Assembly: GCA_016211215.1 (NCBI GenBank)
Contig: JACQSR010000008.1
Span: 6,546-70,545 of the forward strand
Length of the DNA stretch: 64,000 nt
Reading direction: 5' to 3'
Origin: Candidatus Woesearchaeota archaeon
GTDB taxonomy: Archaea > Nanobdellota > Nanobdellia > Woesearchaeales > JACQSR01
Shown here: positions 59,735-64,000 of the stretch, piece after piece
Layout: each line of letters begins with the position of its first letter
How positions within the stretch are numbered: position 1 is the stretch's first letter
The notes under the pieces: generated by a model
Told to the model about the DNA's origin: nothing
Database searches by the model: none
Seen by the model: only the letters and a program-made list of their open reading frames with translations
Position numbers and translations under genes: made by a program

Positions 59735-61817
59735 GGGGCAGGTGACACTTTACATAATAATGGGACTGGTGCTTCTGATAGCAGTTGCGCTTGTTTACTA
59801 TGTACGCACGCTTCCTGAGAAAGAGATTGCCGGAGAGGTGAAGCGCGCAGATGAATTGCCAACGCAGTTTTTGCCAGTGTCAGATTTCGTTGATGCGTGC
59901 CTTGCGAGGATTTCAACTGAAGCAATTACGAAGCTCGGGAATCGCGGGGGTTATATCCAGCCTGAAACTTACGGGATAACCTCGGTAACTGCCGACCCAA
60001 CTTCAGGTTCAGCGGTGCAGTTTTCCCCGCGCTCTTCAATGAATGTCCCGTACTGGTATTTCATGAAATCGGGAAACGGATGCAGGGGAAGCTGCGAGTT
60101 TATTGTTCAAAGGCCTTCGCTTCATGCATCAGGCAAGACTGACAGCTCCATCGAAACCCAAATATCGAATTATGTCTCGCAGAACATCGAGAGGTGCACT
60201 TCGAATTTTGAGCAGTTCAGGGCGCAGGCTATGGATGTTGAAAAGACAGGCGATATTTCAGCAAAGACGACTGTTACCGAGAATGACATTGCAATCGTGC
60301 TTAATTATCCGCTTAAGATAACGCAGGACAATTCCATCGGAGAGGTGAATGAGTTTTCTACAAGGATGGCATTAAACCTGAAGAGAATTTATGAGCTGGG
60401 CTCGCTGCTTACTGAGCTTGAGGGGCAATACAGGTTCCTTGAGAGGGATGTCCTGAACTTAATTGTGCTTTTTTCGGAGATTGACAGCAAAAAACTTCCC
60501 CCAATGGCCGAAACAGAATTCAAGTTTGGCTCCGGAACATCATGGACGAAATCCGATGTCAAGGACAGGATAGAAGGGATGCTGATGAGCTACATTCCGA
60601 TGCTGAAGGTTACCGGCACTTCAAACTACGAGCCGTTTACTGCCATAGGGGACGAGCTTCAGGAGGCATTGTACAATGTCCACAGCACGGTTCCATTGAA
60701 CAAAACCTTTTCTGACCTTGAGGTTAGGATGACTTACCTTGATTTCTGGCCGATATACTTTGACTTAAACTGCGACGGCGAGCATTGTACTTCTGAATCT
60801 GTGTCATCAAACCTTCTTGCGCTGATGGGCATTCAGAGGTATAATTTTGTGTATGATGTGAGCTTTCCGGTAATGGTGGAGATTTACGACAAAAATGCAT
60901 TGCGCGGGCAGGGGTATTACTTCAGGTATTTCCTTGAAGGCAACATAAGGAACAATGAAGTGTTAAAATCAGATTTTGTGCCACTGGAGATGGTTGACCC
61001 CAATCCTTCGTCGCTTTTGTGCAGGGAGAGCAGCAGGAATTCAGGGGATGTGGTTGTTACGGTCAGGGAAAATGACAAGCCGCTTGATGGTGTTGAGGCG
61101 ATGTATTCATGCGCAGGCGAGACATGCTATGTCGGAAAAACTTCAAAGGGCGCATTGGTTGCAAAATTCCCGATATGCTTTGGAGGCATTTTGACGCTTA
61201 ACAAGGAAGGCTATCTTGGGAGGAGCGAAATACTGAGCACCGAGATTGGGAAAAGCGCAACAGTTGAGGCAGGCATGGTGAAGCTTTCACCTGTTAATGT
61301 TGAGATAGGGAAGAAAAAGATGTCTTACACAAACGGAAAATGGGTTTTCAATTCCGCGTCATCTTCATTAAAGGATGAAGAGTACGGCATGATAACCTTC
61401 AGGAGGAAAGGCACTGTTCTCGACGACGAGGTTACTGCAACTGCAGAGTTCGGCAGGGGGGGAAATGTTTCCGTGCAGCTTGCTCCCGGCGATTACGAGC
61501 TTGAGATTAGGCTGTTTACGGACGAGGATGTTGTGATACCTGAAGACAAGAGATGCGAGGGGGCTCTTTTTACCGAGAAATGCTACAAGATTCCCAAGAC
61601 GGAGATAAACGAGACATTCCCGTTGGGAAGCGTGAAGATAAACATAACGATTACTGCAGAGGATTTGGAAAAGGCAAAGATGACTGCCTATGTGCTTGAG
61701 CTTGGGATACTTGATGTTCCGCCTGATGCAAGGAAGATTGAGATGCTGGAGCAGATAAACAAGATGGAGCAGTACTCTGCCGAAAATGAATATGAGCTGA
61801 AGCCGAGGTTTGGATGA
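59724..61817 (+). CDS. large extracellular protein with class III (type IV pilin-like) signal peptide
   Basis: MRNKG/QVTLYIIMGLVLLIAVALVYY fits the archaeal prepilin pattern (K/R)(G/A)-Q-(I/V)-(S/T)-L followed by a hydrophobic helix. A carboxypeptidase-regulatory-like beta segment lies near GDVVVTVRENDKPLDGVEAMY. The track start is the TTG at 59718. Confidence 0.65.
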   Translation: MRNKGQVTLYIIMGLVLLIAVALVYYVRTLPEKEIAGEVKRADELPTQFLPVSDFVDACLARISTEAITKLGNRGGYIQPETYGITSVTADPTSGSAVQFSPRSSMNVPYWYFMKSGNGCRGSCEFIVQRPSLHASGKTDSSIETQISNYVSQNIERCTSNFEQFRAQAMDVEKTGDISAKTTVTENDIAIVLNYPLKITQDNSIGEVNEFSTRMALNLKRIYELGSLLTELEGQYRFLERDVLNLIVLFSEIDSKKLPPMAETEFKFGSGTSWTKSDVKDRIEGMLMSYIPMLKVTGTSNYEPFTAIGDELQEALYNVHSTVPLNKTFSDLEVRMTYLDFWPIYFDLNCDGEHCTSESVSSNLLALMGIQRYNFVYDVSFPVMVEIYDKNALRGQGYYFRYFLEGNIRNNEVLKSDFVPLEMVDPNPSSLLCRESSRNSGDVVVTVRENDKPLDGVEAMYSCAGETCYVGKTSKGALVAKFPICFGGILTLNKEGYLGRSEILSTEIGKSATVEAGMVKLSPVNVEIGKKKMSYTNGKWVFNSASSSLKDEEYGMITFRRKGTVLDDEVTATAEFGRGGNVSVQLAPGDYELEIRLFTDEDVVIPEDKRCEGALFTEKCYKIPKTEINETFPLGSVKINITITAEDLEKAKMTAYVLELGILDVPPDARKIEMLEQINKMEQYSAENEYELKPRFG

Positions 61818-64000
61818 TATACTTTAAGTCATTGGCAATATTGATGTCAATCTTAATAGTTTCACTTCCCATAACCTACGGCGCGATAAGCTCGGTCAAA
61901 GTGGCTGGGGCAGACAACGTCAACGGCATAATACGGGCAGAAGACACCATAACATATACTGTAACTGTTGAAGGGAACATAAGCCCCGAGCTTCTGAAGC
62001 TTAACAGCAATATTCCGTTTGATTCCTGCGCCGAGCAGGGGGGAAAATCAGTTTGTATGCTTTCGCAGTCAACTGACGCTTCATTCCAGCTTCCCGTTGT
62101 GCCGTGGTCAGTTGCCCTTTTTGAAAGGGTAGATAATGTTACAAGGCAGGTTGACTCAAAATCAGGAATAATCGCGGTTGACAGGACAGGGCCGGAGGTC
62201 GTTGCGCTTGCAAAGGATATTTCGAAAAACAGGGTGACGCTTGATTTCAAGGCGCAGGATTACGGGTTTGCACGCGGAGACACACAGCACTGCTCCGGGC
62301 TGTCGAGGGTTGAAATAACGGATTCCGGCGGCAGCTTGTCAAAAACCATAGATGTGACTTCAAGGGAATGCAGCTTTTCGGGCAGTGTTTCGGAGGCAAA
62401 GTCGAGCTTCTCTGAGGGGCACCACATAATAACCGCAACTGCCTATGACATATTTGAGCAGGCTGGAAATGCGCGCACTGTTGAATTTGACATTGATTTA
62501 ACTCCACCCGAGATAGGCGAAAGCTCAGGGGCTTTGGACGCTTTTGGGAATTCACTTACTTTTATTGGACCTTCTCCTGTACGCATGCGTGTTGAGGTTA
62601 TGATTAAGGCGGATGACCTTGACGCGGGAAGTGTGGCTGGAGATTTTACTTCGCTTGGGTTTGAGAATGGAAATGCGAAGGGAAGCTGCTCAAGAAGCGG
62701 AAATGGGAGTAGGTGCGTGTTTTTCATCAATGCGCACGCAACTGCAGGGGGAAGCTTCAAGTATACGGTAACTGCGGCTGATGTTGACGGGAATACTGCA
62801 GCAACTGAGGGTTCGCTTGACTTGACGTTTGACGGAACAGGGCCTTCCATATCGGCAATTAATGTCGGAGTTGCTGCGCCTGACGGCTTTACTTACCTGC
62901 TTCCGGGAAGGAATGAAATAACTGCAACGGTTTCTGATGAAGGAATTGGATTTGACAAGAGCACCGTGTTTTTGGACTTGTCGGGAATAAATCTGGGAAA
63001 CAAAGTTGCTCCGGCTGAATGCTCCGGTGGAATATGCACATGGAAGAATATTCCGAACACCCTGCCTTCAGGATACCTTGGAACGGTAAAGGCCGGAATG
63101 CAGAGCCAGGACTTGCTGGGGAATTTACTGCAGCTGCCTTCGCTTACAATAGATGTGAAGTCTGACAAGAATGCTCCTGAGCTTATTTCCGCAAAGGCAA
63201 CTGCCGTTGGAACTGCCTTTGGACCTGCATACCAGAATTTAATAAAAACAGGAGACATACTGCTTGTTGAAGTAAAGGTACGGGAAAGGCACTCTTCAGT
63301 TGTTTCCGCCCAGCTGGATTTTTCTAACTTTTATGATGCGACGAACGGTTCCGCAACAGTCACAGGAGCCTGTTCAGCGTCAGAGGCAGTTTACACCTGC
63401 ACATTCCAGACGCCTGCAATAAACAAATTGGGGCATATTGTAAGCAGTGCGCGGATAAACATTACTGATGTAGCCGGAAATTCACTTATTTACGACATTC
63501 CGATTGAGGTTTTGGAGCTTGTTACTGAAAAGATAGATTACTGGAAGCATGAAGTAGTTTGCTCGCCACAGCCAATAGACAGGCAGGTGACATCGCTGCT
63601 TTCCCAGAGGATTTTCTGCGCAGTAACACTGACCCCAAAGGTTGATACCCCACGGACATTGATGCTTGCTTTAGGTGAGGTTACTGCAACTCCTGATGAG
63701 CAGGGGATGAATCAAACGGGAGATTTACTTGAAAGCTTTGAGCTGATAAATACGGAAGATAACACCACAGACCCCTACATTGTCTTGACTCTTGCAAAAA
63801 CTGATTTCAAGATGGACAAGCTGAAGGTTGATGCAGTATTGCAGATTATTTCACAGGCCGGGGATAAAGTTACGGGGGTTCCTGAAAACGAGAATATTTC
63901 AATGGAGCTTTCATTCTACAACATGCCTTTAGGAGAATTAAGCAAAAGCACGAAAGACAAGATAAACGAAGCAGTAGACCAGGCAAAGATATTGGGAGAC
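61814..64000 (+). CDS. large secreted protein with repeated Ig-like domains, 3'-incomplete (at least 729 aa; runs off window end)
   Basis: ATGA overlap with the upstream gene. Frame open for all 729 codons by hand translation. Signal peptide MIYFKSLAILMSILIVSLPITYGA. Repeated domain ends D(x)(A/L)GN...D.(t)(g/p)P (AYDIFEQAGNARTVEFDIDLTPPEI, AADVDGNTAATEGSLDLTFDGTGPSI, ITDVAGNSLIYDIPIEV). Absent from the track because there is no stop in the window. Confidence 0.7.
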   Translation, partial: MIYFKSLAILMSILIVSLPITYGAISSVKVAGADNVNGIIRAEDTITYTVTVEGNISPELLKLNSNIPFDSCAEQGGKSVCMLSQSTDASFQLPVVPWSVALFERVDNVTRQVDSKSGIIAVDRTGPEVVALAKDISKNRVTLDFKAQDYGFARGDTQHCSGLSRVEITDSGGSLSKTIDVTSRECSFSGSVSEAKSSFSEGHHIITATAYDIFEQAGNARTVEFDIDLTPPEIGESSGALDAFGNSLTFIGPSPVRMRVEVMIKADDLDAGSVAGDFTSLGFENGNAKGSCSRSGNGSRCVFFINAHATAGGSFKYTVTAADVDGNTAATEGSLDLTFDGTGPSISAINVGVAAPDGFTYLLPGRNEITATVSDEGIGFDKSTVFLDLSGINLGNKVAPAECSGGICTWKNIPNTLPSGYLGTVKAGMQSQDLLGNLLQLPSLTIDVKSDKNAPELISAKATAVGTAFGPAYQNLIKTGDILLVEVKVRERHSSVVSAQLDFSNFYDATNGSATVTGACSASEAVYTCTFQTPAINKLGHIVSSARINITDVAGNSLIYDIPIEVLELVTEKIDYWKHEVVCSPQPIDRQVTSLLSQRIFCAVTLTPKVDTPRTLMLALGEVTATPDEQGMNQTGDLLESFELINTEDNTTDPYIVLTLAKTDFKMDKLKVDAVLQIISQAGDKVTGVPENENISMELSFYNMPLGELSKSTKDKINEAVDQAKILGD

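Noticed and set aside
1-64000. tRNA, rRNA or other structured RNA genes in intergenic gaps (7209-7303, 10021-10206, 22573-22692, 27261-27421, 29136-29300, 36377-36466)
   Set aside because: I found no GTTCGAATC/GTTCAAATC-type T-arm or acceptor-stem pairing by eye. The gaps look like promoter or terminator DNA. A covariance-model scan would be needed to be sure.

Overview
The window is a 64 kb archaeal chromosomal segment. Archaeal markers are the L7Ae-S28e-L24e-ndk cluster, archease plus RtcB, an A24 prepilin/preflagellin-type peptidase, TTTAAATA-type TATA boxes 20-30 nt upstream of starts, and many ATGA/TAATG translationally coupled gene junctions. The genetic code is standard, since TGA, TAG and TAA all act as stops at operon junctions. 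Lineage is inference only: an uncultivated small-genome archaeon, possibly DPANN-like.

Core content:
- metG.
- An archease-rtcB pair.
- A Kef-type K+/H+ antiporter.
- Split nnrE/nnrD genes.
- A ribosomal protein cluster.
- An 11-gene, tightly overlapped histidine operon (hisI-G-D-C-HAD-B-H-HAD-F-A-hisS).

Cell-surface content is very large:
- VWA/BatA-like membrane proteins.
- A PF09826-type beta-propeller protein.
- Two tandem acidic CARDB-like anchor proteins.
- A 1947-aa secreted protein with about 164 cysteines (hand count), in which two FG-GAP/VCBS-like repeat blocks appear nested inside cysteine-repeat units.
- An RHH / pilin-like / Ig-repeat operon that runs off the 3' end of the window.

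Between the core blocks lie several segments that look AT-richer by eye (GC not computed). They carry orphan genes, toxin-antitoxin-like genes (Doc-RHH, HicAB, two nucleotidyltransferase genes), gene remnants and flanking repeats:
- 10.1-12.8 kb, bracketed by a degenerate duplication of a promoter and 5' gene end.
- 18.2-19.8 kb, with a 37-nt duplication of a gene 3' end.
- 22.7-24.9 kb, beginning with a truncated DUF1016 gene.
- 27.4-29.2 kb, flanked by 13-nt inverted repeats next to hicAB.

I saw no rRNA, tRNA, CRISPR array, integrase or transposase. All calls come from reading the sequence and the ORF translations by eye. No searches were run, so family assignments rest on recognised motifs only.
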